A DNA stretch of 64,000 nucleotides from Chiloscyllium plagiosum. Taxonomy: Eukaryota. The DNA lies in contig NC_057749.1 of NCBI RefSeq assembly GCF_004010195.1, positions 23,105,246 through 23,169,245 on the forward strand. The letters are read 5' to 3'. The notes below the pieces were generated by a model, which was given only the letters and a program-made list of their open reading frames with translations, had not been told where the DNA came from and did not search any database. Shown here piece after piece: positions 36,987 to 50,144 of the stretch (position 1 is its first letter; each line of letters begins with the position of its first letter). The translations under genes were made by a program, and so were the position numbers.

Positions 36987-38667
36987 CACGGTGGCTCAGT
37001 GGTTAGCACTGCTGCCTCACGGTGCCAGAGACCTGAGTTTGATTCCAGCCTCCAGTGACTGTGTGGAGTTCATACACTCTCCCTGCGTCTGCGTGAGTTT
37101 TCTCCAGGTGCTTCTAGTCTCTTCTCACAATCCAAAGATGTGCAGGTTTAGTGGATTGGCCATTTAAAATTGCCCACTCTGTGTAGGAATGTGCAGATTA
37201 GGTGGGTTAGCCATGGGAAGGGTAGATTCTGGGTGGAATGCTTTTCATAGGGTCGGTGCAGACTTGATGGGCTGAATGGACTATTTCTGCACTGTAGGGA
37301 TTCTATGATTTTGCCTTCAGGGCAAAGTATATACTAGCTCATTATTTTTGCCAGCAATGTAAGCACTTGTTACGTTGACTGGTTAAAGCAATAGAATCTA
37401 CCTGAACAATCTTACAACTTAAGTTTCAAATTTTCCAACATTTCCTCAAAAAGAAAAGTTTCTATCTAGTCAATGCATATGGTCCAAATAAAAATAACAT
37501 TAATCTAATAAACCAACACTCAATATCGATATCCAAATCTGCACGTGAAATGGTAAAAAAATAACTAATTTGGTTCGGCAGTGAATTCCACTGTTCAGTG
37601 TTTAAAATTAGTTGAGTTTTCCTGGGTCCCAGATCAATGCTCTTGGATTAAAGTAATTGAATTCTTCCTGTGATTTTAACTCATGTAAATACTTTAGCAT
37701 TCCTACATTAATAAAGCCATAGTCAAGATATGAGGCTAGAAACATTTTACTTCACATCTGCCTTCAGGCCCATTTCCCTACTTTAAGCTGGTCCTGTCAC
37801 AGCTTTCACTGAGGTCTGCTTGCTCAGATTAGAAGACTGATTGCTTCAAGCAGCTTATCAGTATTTGGGTTAAAAAACACATCTTGGGCTGGCACGATGG
37901 CTCAGTGGTTAGCACTGCTACCTCACAGTGCCAGGGACCCGGGTTCAATTCCACTTGTCAGGTAACTGTCTGAAGTCTGCACGTTCTCCCTGTATCTGTG
38001 TCGGTTTCCTTCCTCAGTCCAAATTATGCAGGTTAGGTGAATTGGCTGTGCTAAATTGCCCATAGTACCCAGGCTAAGTGGGTTAGCAGTGATAGGCTAG
38101 GGGTGTGGGTCTGGTTAGTGGCTCTTTGGAAGGTTGGCGTGGACTTGTTGGGCTGACTGGCTTGCTTCCACGCTGTAGGGTTCTATGATTCAGTGACACA
38201 TCTATTATTCAGAATCATCACATCAGACTTCAAAATCTATTTTCAAAGGCCCATTTTCTAGTTGTTGTTTTGAGCTAATAAATTCATTTCTTTGAAGCAA
38301 CAGAATTTAAAACTTCTAACCCTTTGACTTTATCAAAATCTATCAAATCATTTTTCTCATTAAACTGAATATCAAAGCAACAATCAGGGTGAGGAATTTG
38401 ATTCCCAGGATCCATATTCAGGCTTGGGCAGTATGGTGGCTCAGTGGTTAGCACTGCTGCCTCACAGTGACAGGGACGCAGGCTCAATTCCAGCCTTCAG
38501 TGGCTGTCTGAGTGGAGTTTATACTCTCTCCTCATGTCTGTGTGAGTTTGCTCTGGTTTCATCCCACAGTCCAAAGATGTGCAGACTATGTGGGTAAGGC
38601 ATGGAATATGCCGGGATAAGGTGGAGAGTTGGCAATGGTCTCTATCTGCACAGTAGGAATTCTATGA
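36987..38667 (+). mobile_element. Three HE1-like SINEs (~36987-37308, ~37888-38190, ~38427-38667)
   Basis: Each has the GGTGGCTCAGTGGTTAGCACTGCT head and TTCTATGA tail. Confidence 0.85.
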
Positions 38668-39102
38668 TCATTCTACTTGCATATTAATTTCCTGCACCTT
38701 ACATTCAATAGATTTCCTACTTTATTTGAACGTAGGTCCAGATCCTCACTTCAAAACCTGCATCAAACACTCTGAGAAACACTGGCATTTTCTTAGACTG
38801 ATCCACATTGGATCCTAAAGGAGGTTCAATAACCATTTTGTATTTTTTTAGCTGTACAGGGGCTGTTTGTTTTGTCTTCCTCTCCCCTTCACTGGACAAT
38901 ATTGTAATCTCCAGAGCACAGTTTGAAAGGTTTGGACCTGATGCTACTGTGGACACTGTAAAGGATATTGACTTCAGTTAGTTGTACAGAATGCATCTGA
39001 ATTTCCTTGTACGTTTAGTACATAGTACAACATTACTACTTCCTGAGTATAGCAATCAAAATTTATTGGTGAAAGTGAGTACTGCTGATGCTGGAGATCA
39101 GA

Positions 39103-39611
39103 NNNNNNNNNNNNNNNNNNNNNNNNNNNNNNNNNNNNNNNNNNNNNNNNNNNNNNNNNNNNNNNNNNNNNNNNNNNNNNNNNNNNNNNNNNNNNNNNNN
39201 NNNNNNNNNNNNNNNNNNNNNNNNNNNNNNNNNNNNNNNNNNNNNNNNNNNNNNNNNNNNNNNNNNNNNNNNNNNNNNNNNNNNNNNNNNNNNNNNNNNN
39301 NNNNNNNNNNNNNNNNNNNNNNNNNNNNNNNNNNNNNNNNNNNNNNNNNNNNNNNNNNNNNNNNNNNNNNNNNNNNNNNNNNNNNNNNNNNNNNNNNNNN
39401 NNNNNNNNNNNNNNNNNNNNNNNNNNNNNNNNNNNNNNNNNNNNNNNNNNNNNNNNNNNNNNNNNNNNNNNNNNNNNNNNNNNNNNNNNNNNNNNNNNNN
39501 NNNNNNNNNNNNNNNNNNNNNNNNNNNNNNNNNNNNNNNNNNNNNNNNNNNNNNNNNNNNNNNNNNNNNNNNNNNNNNNNNNNNNNNNNNNNNNNNNNNN
39601 NNNNNNNNNNN
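39103..39611. other. Assembly gap (509 N)
   Basis: Run of N. Confidence 1.
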
Positions 39612-40372
39612 NCATTTATCTGAATTAAACTCCATCTGCCACTTCTCAGCCCATTGGAACATCTGGTCCAGATCCTGTTGTAATCTGAGGTAACCCTCTT
39701 TGCTGTCCATTATACCTCCAATTTTGGTGTCATCTGCAAAATTACTAACTGTACCTCTTATGCTCGCATCCAAATCATTTATGTAAATGACAAAAAGTAG
39801 AGGCCCCAGCACCGATCCTTGTCGCACTTCACTGGTCACAGGCCTCCAGTCTGAAAAACAACCCTCCACCACCACCCTCTGTCTTCTACCTTTGAGCCAG
39901 TTCAGTATCCAAATGGCTAGTTGTCCCTGAGATTCCATGAGATCTAAGCTTGCTAATCAGTCTCCCATGGGAAACCTTGTGGAACGTCTTACTGAAGTCC
40001 ATATAGATCACGTCTACTGCTCTGCCCTTATCAATCCTCTTTGTTACTTCTTCAAAAAACTCAATCAAGTTTGTGAGACATGATTTCCCACGCACAAAGC
40101 CATGCTGACTATCCCGAATCAGTCCTTGCCTTTCCAAATACATGTACATCCTGTCCCTCAGGATTCCCTCCAACAACTTGCCCACCACTGAGGTCAGGCT
40201 CACCGGTCTATAGTTCCCTGGCTTGTCTTTACCGCCCTTCTTAAACAGTGGCACCACGTTTGCCAACCAGTAGTCTTTTGGCACCTCACCTGTGACTATC
40301 GATGATACAAATATCTCAGCAAGAGGCCCAGCAATCACTTCTCTAGATTCCCACAGGTGTACCCTGATCAGG
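39612..40372 (-). mobile_element. CR1 RT fragment closely similar to the 18626-20584 copy
   Basis: NYRPVSLTSVVGKLLE, QHGFVRGKSCLTNL, YMDFSK, GSVLGPLLF, FADDTK. Confidence 0.95.
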
Positions 40373-40548
40373 AGTCAAGATTAGAGTGTTGCTAGAAAAG
40401 CACAGCAGGTCAAGCAGCATCCGAGAAGCAGGAAAATTGACGTTTCGGGCAAATTCCTGATGAAGGGCCTTTGTCCGAAACGTTGATTTTTGCTCTCCTT
40501 GAATGCTGCCTAACCTGCTGTGCTTTTCCAGCACCACTCTAGTCTTGA
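40373..40548. mobile_element. Penelope-derived palindromic insert with hammerhead motif at 40457-40484
   Basis: Inverted arms; CTGATGA-A-GGGC(CTTT)GTCC-GAAAC-GTT. Confidence 0.75.
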
Positions 40549-41288
40549 ATCAAAATTTACACCCAATGGTTTCGATGAATATCCAGTTGGATACTGAACA
40601 TTCATGTCACTTTTTGTTTGAACTGAACAGATTTTGCTTGCCTACCTTTTGTTATGGCAGGGTAATGCATTCCACACTCCTGCATTAGAACTTCCGATTA
40701 CCTTTGTCCTTTGCTTAAATTGTGATTTCTTTATTACATTTCAAATTTTCTCCTGAATTGACCCAGGTGAATAGTTCATCAAAACCTGGCACGATTATTA
40801 AAGGTGCCAGCTTGATTATATGTTGAGGTTTCCGTAATCTCTAAATTGTATGACATATTTTACAGTACTGCACCATATCCTCATGAACGCTGAGCCAGAT
40901 AAAATGCCTCTTAATCAATGGTTGAGGTTTCAATATTCCTACATGTCATGTGATAGGAATTTCATGTGCTGCTCACAATATCTTCTTCTGATATCTGTTA
41001 AGTAACACTGATGAACAACTATTCATTCCTTGTCTGTAGATTTGTGAAAATGTCTCCACTTCCTTCTTAAAATTTAACTTTCACATTGGAACTCCTTCAG
41101 CCTCAGCCCAGCTCGACCTCATTCTCGCCTCGGGCGACTGACTGTGTGGAGTTTGCACGTTCTCCCCGTGTCTGCGTGGGTTTCCTCCGGGTGCTCCGGT
41201 TTCCTCCCACAGTCCAAAGATGTGCAGGTCAGGTGAATTGGCCACGCTAAATTGTCCGTAGTGTTAGGTAAGGAGTAAATGTAGGGGT

Positions 41289-42719
41289 ATGGGTGGGTTG
41301 CGCTTTGACGGGTCGGTGTGGACTTGTTGTGCCGAAGGGCATGATTCCACACTGTAATGTAATCTAACCTAATGCAGGATCTGCTTTCTAAGTTTCAATT
41401 AACGAAGACATGTCAAATGCTTACTTTAAATTGTCCTCATCTTCAAGAAAAGTTTCAGCTGCTCGAACGTCTGCCCATGGTATTACTTTGCTGAAAATGT
41501 GTTCTGGAAGAGCGCAGCAGGTCAGGCAGCATCCAGGGAACAGGAGAATCAACGTTTCGGGCACAAGCCCTTCTTCAGAAGAAGGGCTTGTGCCCGAAAC
41601 GTCGATTCTCCTGTTCCCTGGATGCTGCCTGACCTGCTGCGCTCTTCCAGCAACACATTTTCAGCTCTGATCTCCAGCATCTGCAGTCCTCACTTTCTCC
41701 TGATGGTATTACTTTGACTCTGTGACGGATTTTGTTTAGCTATAGCTCTGGTCACCACACATGGTGAATGAAAAGCCTTGTAGCTGTTCTGTCTCTTTGA
41801 CATCCTTCGGGTTTTCGGTGATCTTGGGAAAACTTCACTTCCCAAACTATTACCCAAGGGTAAGTCCATTCCATTCACAGGATTTTTTTTTTATATTAGC
41901 TAGCCCTGTCTGATAACAAGTCACTTTCCAATTGCACTTTGTACAATGGAATTGGGATATGCTCTCTACCTATTCCAGTTACTAACACTTTGGCTTTCAA
42001 TGAACTCTCTGAATAGAAAGCTAAATCCTCCTTCAGTAAAATGGGTGGGTTGCGCTTTGACGGGTCGATGTGGACTTGTTGGGCCGAAGGGCATGATTCC
42101 ACACTGTAATGTAATCTAATCTAATGCAGGATCTGTTTTCTAAGTTTCAATTAACGAAGACATGTCAAATGCTTACTTTAAATTGTCCTCATCTTCAAGA
42201 AAAGGTTCAGCTGCTCGAACGTCTGCCCATGGTATTACTTTGCTGAAAATGTGTTGCTGGAAGAGTGCAGCAGATCAGGCAGCATCCAGGGAACAGGAGA
42301 ATCAACGTTTCGGGCACAAGCCCTCTTCCAGCAACACATTTTCAGATCTGATCTCCAGCATCTGCAGCCCTCACTTTCTCCTGATGGTATTACTTTGACT
42401 CTGTGATGGATTTTGTTTAGCTATAGCTCTGGTCACCACACATGGTGAATGAAAAGCCTTGTAGCTGTTCTGTCTCTTTGACATCCTTCGGGTTTTCTGT
42501 GATCTTGGGAAAACTTCACTTCCCAAACTATTACCCAAGGGTAAGTCCATTCCATTCACAGGAATTTTTTTTTTTAGCTAGCCCTGTCTGATAACAAGTC
42601 ACTTTACAATTGCACTTTGTACAATGGAATTGGGATATGCTCTCTACCTATTCCAGTTACTAACACTTTGGCTTTCAATGAACTCTCTGAACAGAAAGCT
42701 AAATCCTCCTTCAGTAAAA
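41289..42719. repeat. Tandem duplication (units 41289-42040 and 42041-42719)
   Basis: Both units start ATGGGTGGGTTGCGCTTTGACGGG and end CTTCAGTAAA; a few substitutions and a 72-bp deletion in unit 2. Confidence 0.9.
41491..41702 (+). mobile_element. Penelope-derived palindromic insert with 14-bp TSD
   Basis: ATGGTATTACTTTG at 41477-41490 and 41703-41716; head-to-head hammerhead arms. Confidence 0.85.
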
Positions 42720-42989
42720 GAATTTGACTAGTTCTTGTGAGCCTTTATATAGTTATGTGTTCAACTGCCTTAGTTGAATCAAATTGAGTGACTTATCCCT
42801 TTCGACGAAACCCCTTTGTATCTTTCATCTATCCTATTCACCTCACCATGAGTTCTTTACCACTGGATCACCAGTCGTAGTTAAAGCTAGAATTAACTCT
42901 GTGGTATTTTCCATTTGAGTTCCCTTTTTGGACTCATTCTTAAGAAGCCCAACAAACCCCATGTGGTTTGACATAACTCCACAGAGACC

Positions 42990-43200
42990 TGTAACCCATC
43001 ACCAAGTCACCCTTTATTCACACATGCCTAGTACTTGACACTGATCCAGTTTGCTCAGAGCCAGCTCTCAGAGTGAGCAGAACCTCAGACACTCCTGTTT
43101 ATATCTGTCAGCCAGGGCTCCCTGATCGGACCAGATTAACAGCCCCAATCAGGGAACTCATATTCTATGCGGTACACCTGGTTGACTGCTTTCCAATCAC
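42990..43200 (-). mobile_element. Short solo-LTR-like repeat (related copy at ~44703-44889)
   Basis: Two similar ~200-bp copies with minus-strand AATAAA and TATA-like motifs; first copy starts TGTAA. Confidence 0.5.
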
Positions 43201-44403
43201 TTTGTGGTTCCCTCACTGATTCCCACATTCTGAACAAAGGTATCCTGCTTTATTGCAATGGACTTTGATTTTCATTTCTGCCCTCAGTACTTTCTTCTCT
43301 AATCTGAGGGGTGGGATCTTGGGGTATTCTTTACACCAGCTACTTACCTTCCATTCACCCTCCCAAATCCTTCTCAGCTTTCTGGGCGTGAATGAAAGAC
43401 CATTCCGTTTGACAGATAACCTCATAACCATCAGTGCATTGGATGATTCCTGCAAAACTTGTGGTTAAAATTGCAATAGTTGTGAGAAATATCTTCAAAA
43501 AGCTTCCTCTTAAACTTATTTGCATAGTAACAAATGCAAAATTTTGCATGAACCAGTGCAATTGCCAGTATTTAAAACACAATTCCTTTTGAACAATTTG
43601 CATTATAATCATTTATGATTAAAAGACACAATCAGATGCGGTTTGACTAAAGATGAGAACGGCATTTTTTGCAAAAAGTGTGCATTTGAAATCAGAGGCT
43701 GAACTTTACCAGAAATCAGCTCAGTGCCAATTTTACTGACTTTCATAGAGGGTTTCCCTGTGCTGGAATTGTTGGGATTTTTCATGCTATTATTCCTAAC
43801 TTGTTTTATTTCCTATTCACCATATTTTATGCCCATTCATCATATTTTACCACTTACTGCAGGTGGACAAACCTGCCCCTGCCTGGATGTCTCAGGAGGC
43901 TTGGCCATCCTTAAAGCCCAGCAATACACCTGGTCAGACACTGCAGGTCTGGGGTTACCCTTCACTATGCACACAGTGGGAGATCAACCACAAACCAAAG
44001 CTTCCTAGGGCACACAGGTGGCACAGCTGACACTTCAACGCAGATACAGGCACCCATTCTTACATCGATTCCTACTTAAGGAGGAAGCCACACAGCTCAC
44101 CCATCCTTGGCCTCTTCCCATCTCAGAGAGAGGGGATGGTCTGGTGGTATTATCAAGAAGCTATTCATCCAGAGAGCGAGGTAATGGTCTGGCTATCGGG
44201 GTTCAAATCCCGACATAATTGAATTTGAATTCAATAAAGAAAACTTCTGCAATTATTAGTTTAATGATAACTGTTGTTGATAGTGAAGGAATAACTGTCT
44301 GATTCACTAGCTTCCTTTAGGGCAGAAGACTGCTGTCCTTACCTGTTCTGGTCTACATGTGACCCACAGCAATGTGATTAGCCCCTAACTGCCCTCTGGG
44401 TAA

Positions 44404-44700
44404 TTAGATTAGATTATTTACTGTGTGGAAACAGGCCCTTCGGCCCAACAAGTCCACACTGACCCTCCAAAGAGCAAATCCACCCAGACCCATTCCCCTA
44501 CATTTACCCCTTCACCTAACACTACAGGCAATTCACCTAACCTGCACATTTTTGGACTGTGGGAGGAAACCGGAGCACCCGGAGGAAACCCACACAGACA
44601 CGGGGAGAATGTGCAACTCCACACAGACAGGTGCCGAAGGCTGGAATTGAACCTGGGTCTCTGGCGCTGTGAGGCAGCAGTGCTGACCACTGAGTCATCG
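44404..44700 (-). mobile_element. HE1-like SINE
   Basis: Reverse-complement head, body and TAATC tail. Confidence 0.9.
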
Positions 44701-45495
44701 TAAAGCCACCCTTTATTTACATGTGCATAGTACATGACACTGATCCAGCTAGCTCATAGCCAGCTCCTAGAGTGAGCAGAGCCCATGACACTCCTCTTTA
44801 TATCTGTCAGCCAGGGCTCCTTGATTGGGTCAGATTCACAGTCCCAATCAAGAAACTCATATTCTGTGAGACTGACCTCATTCCAATCAGGAGGTGAAAA
44901 TTAAAAATCTAAGTCCATCATAATAAAGTGAGAAACCTTTGTGCAGAATGTGGGATATTGTGACGGTCAGTAGGAATCAGTTCTCTGTCTGTGCTAGCTT
45001 TGAGATCTTGTTTTATCTTTGTGGCTGGCAGCTGCCAGTTTTGAGGTTTCCTGTGATCACTTCTGCCTCACAGAGATGACCATTTCCAATCTGCAATGGC
45101 AAAGACGTGGTCTAGATTGCTGTGACCAGCATTTGTTACCCCACACAATTGCTTAATGCACGAGTTTCACATGCACAAAGCTGTAATTACAGATGAGTTC
45201 AATTTGTTCTGTGTCAGTGCTTGATTAATGCAATTGCCCATTGGAGCACCTCACATCACTCATGACTACAGCCTGTGGGCTGAGACATTAAACAAATACT
45301 GACTCCATCCACTCTCATCGTGGTCACAGCCATTTTCCGTATGTAGTGGACATTGACATGTCGCACGAGCGTGGAAGGCAGGTTGTGTTTGACACAGAGA
45401 GTCATAGGTTCAGTCTGGTAAACAAGCACCCTCCCCAACAACATATCTCCTTGTCCCTTTATCTCATGGGACTCTCTGACCAGCCCAAGAATAAT

Positions 45496-45590
45496 GAGCT
45501 GAAAATGTGTTGCTGGAAAAGCGCAGCAGGTCAGGCAGCATCCAAGGAGCAGGAGAATCGACGTTTCGGGCATGAGCCCTTCTTCAGGAA
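45496..45590 (-). mobile_element. Penelope-derived fragment with intact hammerhead motif (45560-45587)
   Basis: Minus strand CTGAAGA-A-GGGC(TCAT)GCCC-GAAAC-GTC. Confidence 0.75.
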
Positions 45591-46354
45591 TGTTTCAATA
45601 CTGACCCTCCATCGGATCCCTCACATCACATGGACTTCCATCTTTAGGTCTCCCCTAAGGGCCGGCCCTACAGTTGAGTAATGCCTATCATGGTGGGAGG
45701 GGGAGAGGAGGGGGGGTTGTCGCTCACCCCCACCTCATGGTATCCCATGCAGCTCCCCCACCTCACAATTGTTGCCCCTTCTGACTCCCAGCATGCTGCC
45801 CTCCAATCCCCACAATCGATTTCCCAATCTCCTGACCACAACAGTGGACCCGATGACCCCACTGGACTTGCATTGAACTGATCCCCAGGACTGACAGCGA
45901 CGGACAGCCCTGACTGCCAAGTGATCAGACCCCTGACTAAATGGTGTGTAGCTCCCAGCTAATTAACACAAACCCCAGGACTGTTTGCATTGGGTCTGGA
46001 GAATTGACAGTGACCCACTCCCCTGACTGGTGCCACTGTAAGATTGATGTAGCATACTGCCACACAACATGATACCCACCCCATTGCATGACCACAAGTT
46101 GCCTGGGGCTTTGTGTCTGTAGAGCAGCACAGACATACAGTGAGTCTTTGGCTGAGGGGGAAAAGCACAAAAAAGCAAGGCAAGACAGAGCTGCTGTCAG
46201 CATCTGAGTTAGGTCAAAGTGAGTGAGTGCTAAGAGAGTAAGCAAGGAGCCTTGCGTTGCAACCTGGTGCAATTGATGTCTGTCCCTGTTTACAAAGTGT
46301 CCGGGCAGAGGCATTATACTGGGAAGCGATAGTGCGCTCCAAAGTATAGCAATG

Positions 46355-46786
46355 AAACATAGAATTTGGAAGCAGGCCATTCAGCCCATTGTGGACTGTT
46401 TGCATTTGGGCTGGAGAATTGAGAGTGACCCACTCCCCTGACTGGTGACACTGTAAGATTGATGTAGCATACCGCCACACAACATGATGCCTATCCCATT
46501 GTGTCCATGCCAACCCTCTAAAGAGCATTTCACCCTATATCTGTAACTTAGCACTTTCCCACGGCTTTCCACTTGGCCTACACATCTTTGGCCATGACAG
46601 GGTAACTTAGCATGGCCAACCCACCAAACCTGCACATCTTTGGACTGTGGGAACAAACCCATACAGACACAGGGAGAATATACAAACTCCACACAGGCAT
46701 TCACCCGAGGGTGGATTCAAACCTGGACCCCTGGCGCTGGGAAGCAGCAGTGCTAACCACTGAACCACTGAACCACTGTGCCGCCC
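46355..46786 (-). mobile_element. HE1-like SINE with 109-bp local insertion in its tail
   Basis: SINE reverse complement; 46393-46501 copies 45978-46086. Confidence 0.8.
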
Positions 46787-47932
46787 AAGTGCAGAGGCAT
46801 ATTGAAAGTGGATTGAAAATGTTCCATGTTGATGCAATGAGGCTGGCACATATTTGATACCAAAGTCCTTGTTTGAGGTTTGGATGTACCTAGTGCCCAG
46901 GAAGTGTGCCCTGAGATGTCGGTAACTGTTGTCTAAAATGGAGGACTAAAAAAACAAGTGGCCAGTCTGAGTCACCAGGCAGCTGCCCTAATTTTCATGT
47001 TGCAAACTGTTAGCATTTAGTTCCTTTCTGCCGGTTGGAAGGTGTATATTAACAAGGTGAGGTTATGTAATGATGAGATAATACTAATACATGAAAATAG
47101 GCCTCCCATTACTCATTAGTGGAAATCCCATCGTGCAGTTCAACACTTGCTTGGATAAAGGGACCTTTTCCTCTTTACATCAAAAAGCTCCTTGTTGGCC
47201 ATCTCACTGAATTTTCCCAACATTTTTACCCATGTCCAGTTCCCAAGAAGGTTCCACTTTAGCATTCCCCATTTGCAACCTAGTTTTATTTAACTGGGAA
47301 CTACTTCTGAAACATACACAGGGCTTTCTACCCATTGCATTAGTCAACTTATTGGCAAATTATAACAGAATGAACATCCCAAAGCTTTGAAATTCGACTA
47401 TTGATCTCCTTACACCCAGAACCATCTTAATCTTTGCAACCTTCTCAAAGATCCACGAATGAGCACAACTAGTGAAAATTCCCTATTGGATCGAATTGAT
47501 TCAGTACGACATGGATATTTCTGTGGATAGGGAAAATTCCAGGTGTCTGTTTTTAAATCAATAAATGAAAGATTGAATACACTTGAATTCTGAGTGTGAC
47601 ATGCTACAATCTTTTCAACTGGTTACGTGATTTCAAGAGAATTTGATTTCACCCAAGCAAGAACACTATGATGCAATTCTTTTATTTCAAACAAATAGCA
47701 AATATTTCAGAAAGTTTAATTTCTATGGTCTCTCAAGTACAGTAAACAGACTGACCTGCTAGCTGTGTTCAGCACCTTCTGGTTTATTGCGGTGTATGTA
47801 CTTTTATGTGGGACATTTTAGGGACTGATTAAAACTAAATTGGACGCAGCTACTCAGAAACATCCCAAGGTTTTGTGGCGCACTTGGTAGTGTCCTTTCC
47901 TCTGAACTACAACCTCCAGATTAGCATCCCAA

Positions 47933-48713
47933 AGTCATGGACCAGACCAAACCCCCTCAATATATAAAGATGGTATCCAAGATACCGACTTTGACTTTAC
48001 CTGATAAAGGAACAGTGCTCCGAAAGCTTGTGGTTTCAAATATACCTGTTGGATTATAACCTGGTGTCGCGTGACTTCTGACCTTGTCCACCCCAGTCCA
48101 ACACCAGCACCTCCACATCATAATTGTTTCTTATTTTAAAGTTAAGTGTAAGGTGTTGCATTCCAGATGGAATTTGTATGGTCAAACTACTTGATAGTAA
48201 GCAAAACACAATTTATTCCCAGTTAAAATACAACAAAAGAAAAAAGAAAAGGAAAGAATTGGCTTAGCTGTAACTCTATTGAAATGCTTAACAAAAGAAT
48301 AGATACAGTAATTATTGCTAATTAACTGTTCCAATATAGTAACATTCCATAAACACACCCTTGGCAAATGCAAAGTCAGTAAAATAGATTGTCTCACATG
48401 CAACTCCAGCAGCCCAGGAGGAAAAACATCAAGAGAAAACTGCAAGAGAAGCTAGCAGAGAGAGATGAATTGCAGCTTCCAAACCCTGCTGAGACCCCAG
48501 CAATAACTGCTGAAAGCCTAAAACTAAGACTCCTTGTTCTGTGGGAGCTTGACCCCACCCATTCAGGCTGCTTCTATTGTTCCAACTTTTAAAGAAACCC
48601 AAGACCTCACAAGCTGTTTACTTTACTGGCTTTCCAAATAGACCCCTGCCTTAAAACCTCCCTTTAAAAAACCTAGGATAAAATCCACCTCTTAAAGCCA
48701 TAGTATTGTCACA
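47933..48713 (-). mobile_element. Probable solo LTR with Penelope-derived insert (~47998-48120)
   Basis: Ends TGTCACA; resembles the inverted 17501-18474 element; insert has CTGATAAAGGAACAGTGCTCCGAAAGCTT. Confidence 0.45.
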
Positions 48714-49769
48714 TACCCAACCACTTAATGACAAAGGATGATGCATATGATGTGGCCAAATAGGCTAAGCATTAACCTGCAAACTCTTCCAATGTGTGGG
48801 AGTGTCCCCTGGTCAATTATATGATGGAAAGAAAGTTGGATCTCCTGCTTTCACTACCCAGTGCTCCAAACTGCAATGTAGAACAGTGCAGCACATAATA
48901 TGCATGTAAAAATACGCATTTCCACAGACTATGTGAACTGTAACACGCCACACCAGAAATACGCTTGCTGCCATTACAATGGTTTTGTTTCTACTTCCCG
49001 AGATGAAAAAAAAGTGTTAAAAGAAACAAATAACCATTAGTGGGACTTTCCAAGTTGAGAGCTTTGACTTGAGCCAAGTTTGTGATTTATTATGCATTAT
49101 AGAAAAGTAGGTGGAATAAAAAGTAGGCTTTTGAAATAACAGCTCCCTGCAGTAAAACACAAAAGCAAAGCTCCACTTAAAAATGAAAGTTATCGTGTAA
49201 CAACTATAATATATTATGCTACTATGCATAGCCTGCAAGTACAAGAAAGATTTGGTATAAAGTGGTTGTGCTTCCTTCTTCCCCGTATTTAAAATGATTG
49301 ATTATCCTGACAACAGCTATGGAATGTGCCGGTAAGCCATTTTTCTTCTTTACTGTGGAAGACAATATTTCAACTCGATAAAATACGCAGGAAGTTACAC
49401 AGATACTAGGACATGTCTGAGGTGAGGCTGGAAAACACGAGCCAAACTAACATCAATCATCGAGTCTGTCAGATAAAGTTTCCACAGGATGAAAAGTCAA
49501 AAAGTTACCCAGTTTTGATAAGTTAACCAGAACATACAACCGCCAAGGGGGCGTTCACTCTCAGCACATCGCTGGTATTCTTAATGCTTGAGTTAAGCAG
49601 CTGTTTCCAACACCTGCTGCAGCTCAATCATTTTACCTTGTTCCAAATCATATAGCCATCAGAACTAAAACAATACAAAGATACATTCCCTTACAAGGCA
49701 ATTATCAAAACTGTATAATGAGAATATCACAATTACCAAAGCACATTAACTGGTACATGTCATTTATTA

Positions 49770-50016
49770 GTCAGGCGACTGACTGTGTGGAGTTTGCACG
49801 TTCTCCCCGTGTCTGCGTGAGTTTCCTCCGGGTGCTCCGGTTTCCTCCCACAGTCCAAAGATGTGCAGGTCAGGTGAATTGGCCATGCTAAATTGCCCGT
49901 AGTGTTAGGTAAGGGGTAAATGTAGGGGTATGGGTCGGGTTGTGCTTCGGCGGGTCGGTGTGGACTTGTTGGGCCGAAGGGCCTGTTTCCACACTGTAAT
50001 GTAATCTAATCTAATC
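49770..50016 (+). mobile_element. 5'-truncated HE1-like SINE
   Basis: Body and TAATCTAATC tail. Confidence 0.9.
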
Positions 50017-50144
50017 AATAAAACTGCACACTCAAAGGCAAATAATGGACCTTCATTTGGAGAAACAGCAGAATTATTCAGGGTGGTGTTGGCAAATTAA
50101 ATCACCAAATCTTATGATGATGAAAGAATTCTTTTATCCCACAG

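Larger units (their letters stand above)
40550..43620 (-). mobile_element. Degenerate Gypsy (Gmr1-like) LTR retrotransposon internal region: gag/zinc knuckle, protease, integrase N-terminus
   Basis: Minus-strand remnants VHCNKAGYLCSEC, VLVTGIG..IPIPLYKVQLESDL, GMDLPLGNSL, LRRKWR, AHEIPIT*HVGI...HFIW..VHEDMVQYCKICHT...APLI, with no RT between protease and integrase. Confidence 0.7.

Noticed and set aside
38974..39693. Long ORFs of 200-290 aa
   Set aside because: Artefacts of translating through N runs.
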